Below are positions 37,894-51,585 of a DNA stretch of 64,000 nt, one piece after another; positions within the stretch are counted from its first letter, which is position 1, and every line of letters begins with the position of its first letter. The notes below the pieces were generated by a model. The model searched no databases. It was not told the origin of the DNA and was given only the letters and a program-made list of their open reading frames with translations. This DNA is from Piedraia hortae CBS 480.64 (lineage: Eukaryota), in assembly GCA_010093745.1 (NCBI GenBank), contig MU005975.1, positions 1 through 64,000 of the forward strand, given 5' to 3'. The translations under genes were made by a program, and so were the position numbers.

Positions 37894-38039
37894 CTTCTTT
37901 AAGAGCTTGGCAAGCTTGCTTAATAGGCAATGAGACAGATTCGCTAATTGAGGCCTATTCTAGGTTTTCTAAGGCGGGTCGAAGCTATTTCGTGGCGGAG
38001 ATGTGGTTGTATCTAGCTTCATTGCGTAGTGACTACAAA

Positions 38040-38310
38040 CGTCATATAACTATGCGGCCCGGGCCGGTTCGACAAACGTTTAGTTGGAGGACCATAGATA
38101 GAAGTAAAGGACTCTTAGAATTTTTACCTCCGAAGAAATCTTTCCTGGGATGAGGCGCAGTCCAGTCAGTGCTCTGTGCGCAGTCGGTAGCGTAATCTCG
38201 ATCAATGCGATTAGACCTAGACTAGCGTGGGTAATGTTCCGCACTTCACCTAACCTCACGTCACCAGTCAGAGGCATCTACACACACACACACACACAAA
38301 CATACACACG
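38040..38310 (+). mobile_element. Possible LINE 3' end with a (CA)n tail
   Basis: A short frame ends SKGLLEFL...F*, like the ORF2 C-termini of fungal LINEs, then ~130 bp of UTR and a CA microsatellite at ~38279-38310. Confidence 0.35.
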
Positions 38311-39225
38311 CAACTCTCCTCCGGCACTTGCTGCGTCCCCACTCCTTGACGCAATGTGTTTGGCCGTCGCTGGGCTTATTATCTTACGTTGGGTTCTTAC
38401 GACATCACTGAACGATGGCATTGGACCTCGTGATGGACGTACATGAACCGACTCAACCGCCCCTGTATGTACGATTGCACTCTTTCATCATTCAATCGCT
38501 GTTTTGCGTCACCATTATGACCTGACGTAACGCGGACAAAGAACATATACACCTATGTCACCGAGTGACCTGGTGGAGTGACCTGCGTCATCCTGCGAGC
38601 CTATCATGCCGTGCTTAAAGGGCCCACATAGCCACGGCATATTCGCTGGTCACAACCATTACCGCACGGTTTCAGTAACGGAGCTTGTACAGGCGAACGA
38701 ATGCAGAAAGCAATTTCAGTCACAAATCCAAGACAAGCCCACTGTCTTCGCGGACCTTACCCCAAAAAAACTGCGTTGCTGTAGACACAATAATGGGCCT
38801 CAACAATGGAAATTCCACAGAGGCAAGTTTATATTATTGTGTGTGTGTTTGAGGAGGGGGGGTGGGGTGTTGGGAATACAGGGTTGTCCAAAATGCTTGA
38901 TAGAAATTGTCTGGAAGAACGACATACTAAAGCAACCGAACTCTCAAATCCCGACGAATATACTGTGATAGGGAAAAAATCAAGGCAAGCCCATCTGTTC
39001 TAAACCCCGATTATTCGATCAAATGGTCATTTACGGCATCTTCCATCATTGTCCCGTCTGTGAAAGAATGTACTCAGTTAGTACAACTCATCAACAATCA
39101 CACTACCCAAGCCCAAGAAGCTGGCAAGAAAGGACAGGCAGGCTAGCTACACTACACGCCATACATCACGTGCCGTCTCCCCTCATTTTTCAAATAGTTT
39201 TCCACTCATGTCATTGCGCAGCAGC

Positions 39226-39678
39226 TGTTGGCATGAAGTCTCGTTGCTATCAGTGTACGATGCCACTGCGCGACACCTCTTACACCAGCAGCTGCACCCT
39301 AGGTTTTGTCCTCACAGAGGTTTCCCTCAGGGTCATGTCGCATGCGACATGGTGAATGCGCCCTGCTACTGTTATGAGGTGAGTCATGGAGTAAGACTGC
39401 ATGCTGACAGTCTTACTGCATGTATGACCACTTGCTTATGGTCATACAATTGATGACTCTTCATACGAGGCTACGCACGGGCCTTCCAGCCCAGAATATA
39501 TTCTCTGATGTTCCCTCGAAGATATACTTGTATTCACTCATAAAACACATCTCTACTTTCCATCCATCGTTCTCACTCATACATACTATCTGTCTTCGTC
39601 AGCAGCGTCAAGACTCGTCAGGCTGCTGGTAGCCATTGAACCGCGCGTTCCGTCACAGGGCCGATACGGCCACTCACA
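39226..39678 (+). mobile_element. LTR-like repeat, family B variant (3' boundary uncertain)
   Basis: Begins TGTTGG. The segment 39226-39370 aligns with the reverse complement of the 52244-52602 LTR (shared CAGCTGCACCCTAGG...CCTCACAGAGGTTT.CCTCAGGGTCATG). The 3' half diverges and contains nested inverted repeats. Confidence 0.65.
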
Positions 39679-39679
39679 T

Positions 39680-41683
39680 TCAGGTCGCTTTTCCAGTCAC
39701 AGACGGGTCGCCGGGGGACTCATCAAGCGAAACACCATAGGCCTCAGCAAATTTTTTGCAGTCCTCGTCCGACAAACGCGAGATTGCATCAGCAATAGCG
39801 GCCGTGGGGAATATATACACGTTGTCGGTACCCGTAGAGAACTGCTGGTTGTTGCCGTCATCTTGCGAGTTTGATACCGCGAGGACTTGGTGCATGATGT
39901 TGATTGGATTTAAGTTGGGATCGTTGCTGTTTTTGTTGGCCCCGGTGGCGATAAATGTGGGCTGAGGGGCGATGGTGCCAGTGTTGGCAGGGGAAATGTT
40001 GGTGTTGTTGACCGCTGTGGCAGAAGGGTAGGGCCTAGTGGCAACGGCGTTGTTGATCTCAGTAGAAGGATTAATATCCAAGACATGCGCGGGATCACTG
40101 TTCTGGTTAACAGGAAGCACCTGCATCTCGTTAATGTCCTCATAGCCTCCGAAGCCGAGCTCATTGTCGGCCGAGTCAAATTCGGTGTTGCCAGTCGGCT
40201 GATCATGGACGGACTCGAAATCATCGTCATCGGGATCATGATGAGAATTGCCATTCGGCGCAGTATTCTGGGCGAGGTCGTTGTCGTGGTAAGCTGAAGA
40301 GTTCTGAATGCCTTTGCCCTGTCCTCCAAAGTTTGTCAAACCTTGCTGGATGGTCAGAGCAGAGCCCATGTTGTGATTTCCACTGAAGAGCGAGAGGCCA
40401 CTTCCCTGGACTCGTGGGGTGTAATGTCCTTGAGGTCCATTATGGAAGATGTTAGGACGGCTCTGGATACACCCATCACTGAAGGGTGTCATGATGCCGG
40501 CGTAGTTATAGTAACCCTGGCTCGACGGGAGACCACTGAGGCCGTTACCCGTGGGAGGAGCCATAATGCCAACTTGCTGCCCAGCTACATTCGTGCAATG
40601 CATGTTAGAGTGGAAAGGCATGGGGCCGTTGCGCATCTGCGCACCAGAGGTAATATAGGTCGAGGTTTTCGGCACGTTGTTCATCGTTGTCTCAATCATA
40701 TTGCAAGTTCCGAGCGTGACGTGAGCATACGGACCAGCATGGTGGGGGAATGCGTATCCCATGGAGACCCGAGGAAGGCTGACAATCGTGTTTGTCAAGT
40801 TCTGCTGGTACGCCATGTTTCGGGCGGTGTTGAGATCAACAGATTGTGTAGCTCCACGATAGATATAATCAACAAGCGCCATGTTGCCTGAAGAGCTGTC
40901 AAAGGCCTGATTGCGACCAGACACAGCATGATGCATCGCTCCATTGTTGCTGACATACGCAGGTGCAGATTGGCGAGGTGTGTTGTTAAGGTTGACACTG
41001 CCATTGGGAGCCCGGTGGTGCGCGTACTGAGTGCCGGGCGCAGCCGGGGCGCCAGTAGAAGGGCCGTTGCGACTGGGGGCGTTGGGAGCTTGGTTATTCG
41101 TGGCTGGCACCCCCAGATTGGTATGGGCATGGCCCTGAGACTGGCCCTCATGTTCCGCCGGGGTGATGACACGGATGTCTCTGTCCTCTGCTGAGCCAAG
41201 AGCATAACCTTCAGTCTCGCAAATATTTGGGTAGGCGGCTTCAATGCGCTGGGCCTTCGTGCGAGTTTTCTTCTTCCGATACGAGTCTTTGCCGCGGATC
41301 GGCTGCTTGCGGGGCTCTCCATCTATGCGAAATCCTTTGGGCGGCTTGTTGGGGTTTCCACCCTCCTTCCTAGACACCAGTCAGCGTTTTCTGGAAGATC
41401 TGTGGCGGGAACATACCAATGCGGGTTGAAAATGAGATGCGGGTGCGTGCCTCTCCCATCACGGCGGATGTGGACATCCTCCACATGACGGCGCAGCCTC
41501 CTAGACTTGGTGTCAGTAAGTCAATACCAGAGGACCTTGATGGACTCACGCTGCCTCATCCCATTCTTTGGCACCGCCTTCCCCTGCGCAGTATCCACAA
41601 AACCGCTCACAGCGCTGGACAGTCAGGACCATGTCGGCAATCAGTGGCCACTCATGGTAGTGACCAGGACGATCGCAGGGCAT
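39680..41683 (-). CDS. Hypothetical protein with an N-terminal C2H2-like zinc finger and a long Asn/Gly/Ser-rich disordered region (3 exons)
   Basis: Introns 41501-41549 (GTGAGT..CTGAC..TAG) and 41370-41416 (GTATGT..CTGAC..TAG) join MPCDRPGH...FCGYC...AARLRRHVEDVH...PHWKEGGNP to the 565-aa ORF, which includes a basic NLS-like stretch RKKKTRTK. Confidence 0.75.
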
Positions 41684-43428
41684 CTCGGACTTTGTCTCAG
41701 TAAACTGTAGCGTGGCAAGTTGCCGGACTCTTGCAGTGCGGAATGAAGAAGGTGTCCTGGAAAAGCTGAGGGCGACGCGGGCGACGCGGGCAATAGGAAA
41801 CAGACCTGCATAGGGTGCTAAACTTTCACCATTGCGTAAGACGCGTTTTGAACCTGCATGATCCACCACGTTCTGACGCGTCGCGTCCCCAATGCTGAGT
41901 GGTGACGACCTGCTTAGGGGTGTTTTCAAGAAGATAATTTGCAGAAGATGCGACATATTAATATCCTGTGATAGAATATTTGGGTATGCATTGCAAAAGT
42001 ACTGCCGGTAAGTATCGATATTCAGCAATATGCGTTGCAATGGAGATGAAGCATCCACATAGTGTCCCAATTTTCCATCATTGAGCTCAGATAACACCCG
42101 TAAGACTGATCTGCACAGCGTTTCCCTTCGTAGGCTTTTCCAAACTTCAATTCTGACCATCTTCGTTGATGTTTCATCCAGACGTATTCATCATGGCTTA
42201 TAAATCCCTGCCACCAGCAAACCAGTAGCATCAAGTAGGAAGCAACATGATCCTTTGATACCAAGAACTACTTAAAATTTAACTATACCACTGTACTTTG
42301 CTTCTGACGGAAGTCCAGGTCAACCGATCGTATGTTAACCTACATCCCAGCATGGTGGGTCAATGAAGTGCCAAGCCTTGTCGGGCCGAGCCGAGCCGAT
42401 GCATTACATGTCCCACGCGGCCGTCGCCGCCCCGAAAACCTAACGCGTTAAGACCAATAATTGTGCACTCTGATATACAGCAGCTTGGGACAGAGCATTA
42501 CCAGCTCGGCCGGGATAGCTTGGAAACATTGGGCTTGGAGAAAGTCTTTTCCGTGAACTAAACGCTTGACGTCATTTGAGCTCCCAAATGAACGTGGAAG
42601 AGTATATTTCGCGAAGTCTTGAATCGCGTATCTGCCTTAAATTGAATCGAGTTTATTTGAGTCGAACATACTTGTGTACCACTGCTCTCTCCACGAAAAC
42701 ATGCGCACTGGAGCAAGCTCGGCACGAGCTAAGTACTTTTTGATGGAATCGGAAGTAGTAAGCTGTCAAGACCTAAAACGCCAAGACTTGAAGCGGTTCG
42801 AGCCTAACCCGCTCCCGGCATTCCATCACCCTGACACAGCATACTCACACCCTCCATTTCGCGCCCTCTACTGTCATCCACTGGCCGAGAGACTGTCGCG
42901 GGCGGCATCGAGTATGTGGTTGACAGGAGACTGTCACGGTCAGCATCGATGATATGATTGACAAGATAGGCCACGTAATTACCGTTTTACTGCGGCCACA
43001 GCTTTGCCATGGCGCGTGATGGAACGGTGTGGAGCATTTCGGCGAGATTCGTTGGAAAATTGAATGGTCAGCGCAGCGGTATGGGCAGAGGAAGACAACT
43101 TTGTCTCACACGGTGACGGTAACTTTTCCGAGCTAAGGGTTTTGGAGTCAGAATGGGCAACGAAGCAAAGAATGCAGCGGTTACTACATATCCAAGCAGA
43201 AGATGCGTCTGCAGGGCGGTCCCCTCCGGGAGAGAGATGTGTATCGTGCCATGAGAGAGACTCTCCATGGCACAACATATTCGATAATGATAGCGATGAT
43301 TGCTCATATGTCGATGTACGACATGCTACCCCAACCCTCGAGCATCCGAATTTACTTGTCAAGACGGTCCGCGTGGGACGATCGACGCCCCTGGCCATGG
43401 TGTGAGGTACTTGATTGTTGTTCTTGTA

Positions 43429-43703
43429 GTGCACCATAGGTTTTTCCCTCACAGAGGTTTCCCTCAGGGTCATGGCGAATGCGCCCTGCTAGTGTACGTG
43501 ACATCATCGGCCCACCGGTACAGAAAATTTATTCTGACGTCCCCTCACAGAAACATATAGTCATTCGCACTGTCATATCGACACTGAGATTGACTCCTAC
43601 CCACCTGCATCTTTCCTGTCCCTGTCGTTGATCTTGGTCTATCGCTACGTCCTCCTAGTTCGGGCCGCTGCGCACTCCCATCCACGAGAGCATCATCGCG
43701 ACA
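43429..43703 (+). mobile_element. 5'-truncated solo LTR, family B
   Basis: Aligns with the reverse complement of 52244-52520 (GGCCCACCGGTACAGAA, CATCTTTCCTGTCCCTG, CCACGAGAGC) and ends in ...GACA. Confidence 0.8.
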
Positions 43704-44278
43704 AGCAGCATGTCAAGGCAGTCACTCATCCCAAAGAAGACTTCCTGCTTGGAGAGATGAATCCTAGGAAGCCTCGACACACTATCGCGATCCTCCAACA
43801 CCTGGATATATCCCCAGCGAGCCTAGATTTGTAAAGTGAGGGTGAACTATTGGAAGTTAGTTCAGTGGATTCTTGGCCACATGTCTTTCTGTCATGGAAC
43901 GACATGTGGCCAAGAATCCATCGTGCATAATTATATCATAACAGCTTTGAGGCCAGTCCACTTAAGATATTTGAAAGTTCATATGTATTCAGTGACCGAG
44001 TCAAAGTGTCGTGTCGAATGCAATGAGATCACTCATGACAAGCTGTTAGGGAGCAGCTGGGTGATCATAACGAGTGCGAAGTGAGTCGGAGTAAGCAATT
44101 TGCATCTGCACCAGCGTACGTTTATACAGTAAAGCGTCCCTTCATTTGCAAAAAAAAAAAAAAGACTCTGGAAAAGATCAATTCACCGACGACAGACGTC
44201 AAACATTACATTACTCCAGAAACAACCTATATAGGTATTCGCGTGATTGAGCAACAAAAACATCCGCATGCAACGGAC

Positions 44279-45147
44279 TCAATCTTCAATCGGGTAGAAG
44301 TGGTTGGTGAGGATCTTGTTCATAGTGAACATGTGCACCTTGTCAGATTTGAATACTGCGCGCATGGCGTCATCGCAACGAATCAGGCGCTTGTCTGTGG
44401 GATCCTGCAGCTCACGTTCTTTGACGTAAGCCCATATACGTTTAACGGTTTCCGGTCGACTCAGCCGTGGTGCGCCAAGGAGCGACTGCAACGGCTCACT
44501 CAGTCCCAGCTCCTTGTGGAAGCCACCCTTCTTCTTGTTCGGCGATGGTGAGTCTGAGTGTTCAATTTCGTCGTCATCATTGGCGGTAAGCTTGGCCACC
44601 GACTTCTTCTTCGCCTTTTTCTCCTTGGTGGACTTCTTTTTCGTAGCTGTGCCATTGCCGCGGGTCGACCGGGCCGAGAGCTCAGCCTGCAGCCGTCTTG
44701 CCATATCCTCGTCTGTTTCCTCTGACTTCTTCACCCGCTTGGCCTTTTTGGGGGCCGGAGTGGTTTGCGTATCGCTTTCGCCTTCCTCTGATGCACTTCG
44801 CTTCCGGGCACGCGTCTCTCCCTTGGCGGTAGCATCGTCTTTGTCGTCCGCTCCTCCGCGCTGGGTAAGGTCGAACCGCTCCATGATAAGAGAGTTGATA
44901 TCCTTCTTTGGAAAACGTGAGCAAGAATGGCCTAATGTTTACAGGACGCAGACCTTTTGCGGCGAAATGTCATGGTCAACCTGCGCCTGTATTCCCTTTC
45001 TGATTGCTTTGGCCGAGATGGTCTCAAGATTGGCAGATTTCAGGATCTCGTCAATGATCTCAGTGTAGGTCAGCCGCTCCTCGGGCGAAACTATATGAGG
45101 TTAAAACGGGCGAGGGAAGACTACAGCAACTTACTGGTGGAAGCCAT
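44279..45147 (-). CDS. DEK-C + SWIB/MDM2 domain protein (Uaf30/Tri1/Spp27-like), 3 exons
   Basis: YTEIIDEILKSANLETISAKAIRKGIQ (DEK-C), DEDMARRLQAE, and GGFHKELGLSEPLQSLLG...LSRPETVKRIWAYVKERELQDPTDKR.IRCD...VHMFTMNKIL (SWIB). Two GT-AG introns near 44907-44954 and 45091-45134. Confidence 0.93.
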
Positions 45148-45395
45148 GTTTTACGCAGCAGTCAATACGCGCACAGGTTGGAAACTACAGCGGCAACAGT
45201 CAAACGGCGCATAAATGCACCGTCAAACGGTCGAAGTCGCGATGCGACGCACGTGATACATCGACTTTTGTCCGCCCACGAGATCTGTCCCTCCCCGCCC
45301 ACGGAACTTGCTCCGCACATGAGTTTTGGCCGCCCGAAATTTCCGCACCGCACACGCGCACGTTACAATTTCGCAATCGGTAACAACCACACGGC
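45148..45395. promoter_or_regulatory. Short divergent promoter between the SWIB gene and eIF3b
   Basis: 248 bp lies between the head-to-head ATGs. Confidence 0.65.
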
Positions 45396-47671
45396 ATGGC
45401 GCCTTCCTTTGCCCAGTTAGACCCGGAAACGAGCACCGAAGATGACGACGAGGAAATCAACTTTGACGGTAAGCTTCTTCTGGGTCTAAACGGCCGCAGC
45501 TGACTTTGCCAGACCTCAAAGAGCAGGCCCAGGTGCGAAAGGAGGAAGGGCTCGACACGTTCATCGTCATTGATGGCCTGCCCAAAGTGCCGCCGGCGAG
45601 CAAAGAGAAGCTAATCAAATTCGTGCTGCGAAAGCTGACGACGGCTGGCCGCACCTCGGAGGAGAATGTCTTCATGCCAATGAACGAGGCAGGCGACATG
45701 AGCCAAGGGTTCGCATTTGTAGAATACAGTACGCCAGCGCAGGCAGCAGCAGCCGTCAAGACGCTGCATGGCACGCCGCTGGACAAGAAGCACACGATGC
45801 TGGTCAACAAGTTTACGGACATTGAGCGTTACGGCCGTGAGGGTCGCATCAACGACACATACCAGCCGCCAGAGATTGCGCCATTTGAAGAGCGACCGCA
45901 TATGCGATGGTGGCTAGGCGACAAGGAGGGTCGCGACCAGTTCGTCATGCTTCGCGGCGACCACGTGGCCGTGTACTGGAACAACAAGGAGCAGGTGCCC
46001 GAAGCCGTCGTTGACCGACAGCAGTGGACCGAGACGTTTGTGCAATGGACGCCCAAGGGAACGTACTTGACATCGCTGCACCAACAGGGCGTGCAGCTGT
46101 GGGGAGGTCCAACGTGGTCGCGGCAGAAGCGCTTCATGCATCCCTACGTTAACCTAATTGACTTTTCGCCCGATGAACGCTACCTTACCACCTGGTCGCA
46201 CCGGCCGCTGCAGATACCCGAGGGCCATCCGACGCTCTCGACCGACGATGACGGCAAAAACTACATCATCTGGGACATCACAACCGGAATGCCGCTACGA
46301 TCTTTTGTTACAATCGACCAGAGCGGGCCGACAGTCGACGCTGAGGGTAACCAGGTAAAGAAGAAGATGTCGTGGCCGACGTTCAAGTGGTCCGCCGACT
46401 CCAAGTACGTTGCGCGCATGTCGCAGGGCCACGGCATCAGCGTCTATGAGCTCCCTCGCATGAACCTCATGGACAAGCAGAGCGTCAAGATCGAGGGTGT
46501 TATGGACTTCGAGTGGTGTCCGACAAACCCCAGACGCGACAATGTAAAGGATTACGAGCAGCTGTTCTGTTACTGGACGCCCGAGATGAGCAGCAACCCG
46601 GCCAAGGTCGGCCTCATGTCGATACCGTCTAAGGCTGTAGTCCGAACGCGCAATCTGTTCAACGTATCAGACGCCAAATTACATTGGCAGAGCGAGTCGG
46701 CGTTTGTGTGCGTCAAGGTCGACCGACACAGCAAGAGCAAGAAGTCCCTGGTTACGAACCTCGAGATCTTCCGCGTGAGAGAAAAAGGCGTGCCGGTCGA
46801 GGTTGTGGACAACATCAAAGATACCGTCATCAACTTTGCGTGGGAGCCCAAGGGCGACCGCTTCGTGCTTATCACGATGCCTGAGGCCCTCGCCGGATCA
46901 GCCGTTCCACCCAAGACGGCTGTCAGCTTCTTCTGTCCAGAGAAGCCCAAGGGCCCGGCCGTTGGCAACTTCAAGCTCATCCGCACGGTTGAGAAAAAAA
47001 ACAGCAACGCTATTTTCTGGTCTCCAAACGGCCGTTTTGTCGTTGTCGCGACGTTAATGAGCCAGCAATCGTTTGACTTGGACTTTTGGGACTTTGATTT
47101 TGACGGCGACAAGGACGAAAAGGACAAGGATCTCACGGCAAATCTCCACCACCTCGGCACGGCTGATCACTACGGCGTTACAGACGTTGATTGGGATCCC
47201 AGCGGCCGCTACGTGGCAACGAGTGCAAGCTTTTGGAAAAACCGCATGGAAAATGGCTATCATCTGTATTCCTTTGCGGGCCATTTGCTGCGCGAGGAGC
47301 CAATCGAGCAGTTTAAGCAATGGGCGTGGAGGCCGCGGCCAGAGCGGCTGCTCTCAAAAGAGGAGATGAAGGAGATTCGACACAATCTGCGGCAATACAG
47401 CAAACAGTTTGACGAGATCGACCAGGCCCGCAAGTTCTCCGCAAACAAGGCAGTGGTGGATGAACGACGCAGACAGCTGGACGAGTGGCTGGCATGGCGG
47501 CAGTCGGTCGAACAGAGACTTCTCAAGGAACGCCGAGACGCCGGTCTTGCTGATATCAGTGAAGAACGGGCAGCAATGATGGTGGATAGGGAGGGAGAGG
47601 AAGAAGAGTCCAAGGTGGTTGAGGAGGTATTTGAGGAGGTGCTGGACGAAAGCGTAGAGGTGATTGAGTAG
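45396..47671 (+). CDS. PRT1: Eukaryotic translation initiation factor 3 subunit B (2 exons)
   Basis: MAPSF...INFDDL (intron 45469-45512), an RRM ([11 protein letters not shown]...GFAFVEY...LDKKHT), and a WD40/eIF2A-type propeller ([38 protein letters not shown]). Confidence 0.98.
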
Positions 47672-48008
47672 GATGTCGGGTATCATGAAATTGCCCCCGA
47701 GTAGATCAAATCTCCATTGTGCGTGCCGCTTCGGGCCATCTTGGCATGGACCCATGGCCCCACAAAAGGGCCCACTAGGGTTAGGACTTCAAAGTTCGCG
47801 ACGAGTCGCGTTTTCCCGAGACGACACCGACGCGTTGGCAGCGATCAATGGCCATTGACGCAAGCACGACAGGGAGAAGAACCGCGGCGGAGCTCTCTCA
47901 ACCATCTGCATTAAAGCCGACGCAAGCCACACACGCGATTCGCCAGCGGCGCCGGCCGCTGAACGACTGGCGGCCGGATCCGGCGCGCCCGTCGACGGCC
48001 CTCGCGCC

Positions 48009-51000
48009 ATGTCACCACCGATAAGAGCCACGGGGTACAGAGTGCATTGGGATGCCGATGACGATGGTAGGAAGGCGCGACGAAAAGATTTTGGTCCCGA
48101 GGTACGCTGAGGCTGAACCCACGTAAAATCACTCTGTACCCTTTGGCTGATGCGGTTGGTGGCAGACACACTCTACAGCACCGCCGGACCCGCGTTTGGC
48201 CATTCCCGGCTACATATCGGGCCAATGCCGCGCCAAAGATCGGCAGAGCAAGGCCATTTGGCGGCCGGCCCCGTACCGCGCGCCACCCTACAAAGTGGAT
48301 CAGAATTCGGTGGGCCCAGCAGACGCCGATCAGATCTTTGTGACGGGCTACGATCCATTCCTACCAGAGGCCACATTGCACCGCAACTTTAGCTCATCTG
48401 GCAGCATCGCGTCGCTCATAAACCAGACGGACCCGGACACGGGAAGCTTCCTGGGGCTTGCATCCATCAAATTCCGCGACGGTCTACGTGATGGTGTAGA
48501 GGTGCGAGGCGCAGACGCCGCCCGGCGGGCCGTAGAAGAGTTCAACGGTCAGCGCATCGGGATCCACGTAGTCCGCGTTACTCTCGATCGCGAACGACGC
48601 AAGTTTGACCAGGCTGTTGCGCGCGAATTGGAAAAGCTCCGAGAGCAGCGAGTCAAGGATGAGCAGCAGCGAGCGGCGGCGGCGGTCCGGGAGTCCGCTC
48701 CGCCGCCCAATGCGCCCAGAGGCCCGTCGATCATTCGTCCGACGCCGCGTAGACCAAGCGTGCCGGCACATGGTCCTGTAGATGGCGAGACTGGGTCAGA
48801 CAAGATGCTGCGGAGGCCATACATTCACATAACTCCCCGTTCTGTGCCTCCCAGGAATAGCACACTCCCGCATCTCAAACAGCGGCTAAGAATGTACAGC
48901 TGGACCGACATCTACATCGAGAATACGGGATACTACATCATATTCCATGACTCTCAGCACGGGCAGCGAGAGGCTGAGCGGTGCTACAAGAACTGCAACA
49001 ATGCGCCGCTGTTCGAACATCGAATGCAGATGGAATTGCGAAACTGCGGGCATTCTAACGGTGTCCGCGGCCCCAATTTAAGCAGTGTAGCCGTCACAGA
49101 TCAGCCGCAGCCCGTGCTGAAGCGCAAACGAGAGGAAGACGAAGACTTTGAGGTCGAGAAACGAGAGCGGGCGGAAAACCTGGATCCTGTCAAAGCCGCT
49201 TTGGAAATCCTCTACAATGAAGTCCGTAAGAAAGTCATCGATGATGTTAAAGCGCGGATTGCAATCCCCGTCTTTGATACGGCCTTGGACCCCGCCAAAC
49301 ACGCTGCCAAACGGCGGAAATTGGGATTGCCGGAGCCGCAGGATCGAGAAGACAAAACTCCGGCGTGGTTGATCCACAAGGAACCCGCTGTTCGACCTCG
49401 TAATGGATATCTTCAGCCCCGTCCGCTCCGTCCGCATGACAAGTACCAGCGTAGCCATAAGCTTGAGCGAGACATTGCGCCGTTGAACGTGTTTGCCGAT
49501 GAGCGTCGTCGTCGTCATGCTCGGCCTGCCAACAACAGAGGCCTACAGTACAAGCTGATGCAGCTGTACAGCGATAATGCGGACTCTGATGACGAGGGCC
49601 GCACTCCTGCCACCCGAGATACGGGCCAGGACAGCAGACCCCTCAGCCGTGCGAGTCGTAGATCTACTCCGTTTGATGCCGATTCAACGGGTACGGCTAC
49701 ACCCACAGCCAAGCGCAGGAAAGAACCCTGGGCGGATGAAAACATCGAGGATTTCACCGCAGAACAGAAACGCGTGCTGGTTCCTTTGATGCGCAAGGAG
49801 CCCGAAGATTTGGCAACACACGAGCTCGAGAAACTTGTGTCGGCTCTGTCTCAAAGGTCCAAGTTCGCTATTCGAGCCCGCGATGAGCTTTATATGCGTC
49901 AGCGTTCAAAGGCAGACGATGATCTGTTCAGAGTCAAGACACGTTCTGCCTCGGCCGATACTTGTGCTGAGACACCGCATGAAGCAGCGCCGGCTAAGAC
50001 TAAGGCCACGAAGCAAAAGAAGCCACCATCTAGGAATAAACCAGAAGAGCGTGAGACTCCCAAAGCTGTGGCCAAGAGCCAGCAAAGTGCAAAGGCTCGT
50101 TCGAAGTCGAAATCAACAGAGCCAGAGTCTGATATCTGCTCCAAACCCACTTTTGACCGGGCTCAGCGCACCGTGGACGACAATCTTAGTCTTGTCATGG
50201 ATTTGGATGGGTGGTGGAGCATTATCAAAGACGAAGAAGACTTGAAATTCTTCAGACAGCCGCTCAAAGACGTGGAACCTGCTGACATCCGCGATGCTGA
50301 CGCATGGGTTACCCAGCATCTGGAACTTAAGAACTTCAACGGCGTTGGCACCGGTCCTACCACCAAGTGTCTGGGCATTCCGGGGTATTATGTGTCCAAT
50401 CCATCCGGTTCCGCCCGAACTGAGCCTATCAAACACATCCTAAATGAGGAAAAATCAAAGTACCTCCCGCATCGCATCAAAGTTCAACAGTCGCGTGAGC
50501 AGCGGGAGGCCCAGGCCCTGGCAAATCCGTCCTCGACTGGTCCTGTTCCGAAGTCCAAATTCACAAAAGGCATCACAGCCGCGACTACAACTTCACGCTC
50601 TACCCGGGCCAACAACCGGCGTATGCTCAATGACATGAAAGCTCAAAACGATGCGGAGTCGGTGGGCATCAATGCGCTCAGCAAGCGCAAGAAGCTTGTG
50701 AAGTTCGACCGCTCTGCCATTCATGGCTGGGGTTTGTATGCCGAGGAGGATATCTCCATGACCGAGCTCATTATCGAGTACGTTGGCGAGCACGTGCGGC
50801 AAAAAGTCGCCGATATTCGGGAAATTGCCTATGACAAGCAAGGCGTTGGCTCCTCTTATCTTTTCCGCATGCGCGACGACTTCATTATTGACGCCACCAA
50901 GAAGGGCGGCATAGCACGTTTCATTAACCATTCCTGCGACCCAAACTGCACAGCTAAAATAATCAACGTTGGCAGTGAGCCCCGTATTGTCATCTACGCA

Positions 51001-51172
51001 CTCAAAGACATTGCCATGGGTGAGTTATCTCAATCTCTTTTTACAACATTATGCTGACTTTGAACCAGGCCAAGAATTAACTTATGATTACAAATTCGAA
51101 AGAGAAATCGGCTCAACAGACCGCATCCCTTGTCTATGCGGCTCGGCCAATTGTAAACGATATCTGAATTAG
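48009..51172 (+). CDS. SET1: Histone H3K4 methyltransferase Set1 (5' end uncertain)
   Basis: RRM regions, N-SET ([14 protein letters not shown]...[11 protein letters not shown]), SET ([44 protein letters not shown]) and post-SET (ELTYDYKFE...[13 protein letters not shown]). Introns 48102-48165 and 51020-51068. Confidence 0.97.
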
Positions 51173-51585
51173 AAAGTGCGCTTCGCTTGATTATGGGTGC
51201 TCTAGCTGCTTTTTCTGTACTATTGACGAGCCACGGTCGCCTTTCGATTCGTTGTACTTTTACTCTAGTGTAATTTAATGGCTACGCAAGCAGGCTTGTG
51301 GGGAAAAGTGGAGTCGGGCGTTTAGAGTTGGGCGTTTAGATAGAGTAATATATTTTACTATTGTGATGAGGCTGAATGCGCAGACGAATGTGCGTGATGT
51401 GCCATTCCTGCCCAGGACTTGGAGATGCATGTTGGGAGCGATCACTTGTCCCGCGGACAACCACATTGAAAGGAGTCTGCACACGGCAAGGAAGAGCAGA
51501 ATAGTGCATCGTGACCACCAGAACTCCGAATTCCCATCAAAGGCAGATATACGAAAGTCCATAAAAATCTCTTTTCCGTGAGCCA

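Noticed and set aside
43064..43405. Degenerate Cys-cluster (CVSC...CSY) ORF as a Zn2Cys6 factor
   Set aside because: Too few cysteines in the correct spacing; at most an unidentifiable relic.
44150..44163. Poly(A) run as a retroposon tail
   Set aside because: No upstream element or TSD was found. It lies in the 3' region of the SWIB gene and is likely a simple homopolymer.
45457..50931. Numerous antisense ORFs over eIF3b and SET1
   Set aside because: They are shadow frames of GC-rich, codon-biased genes with no independent motifs.
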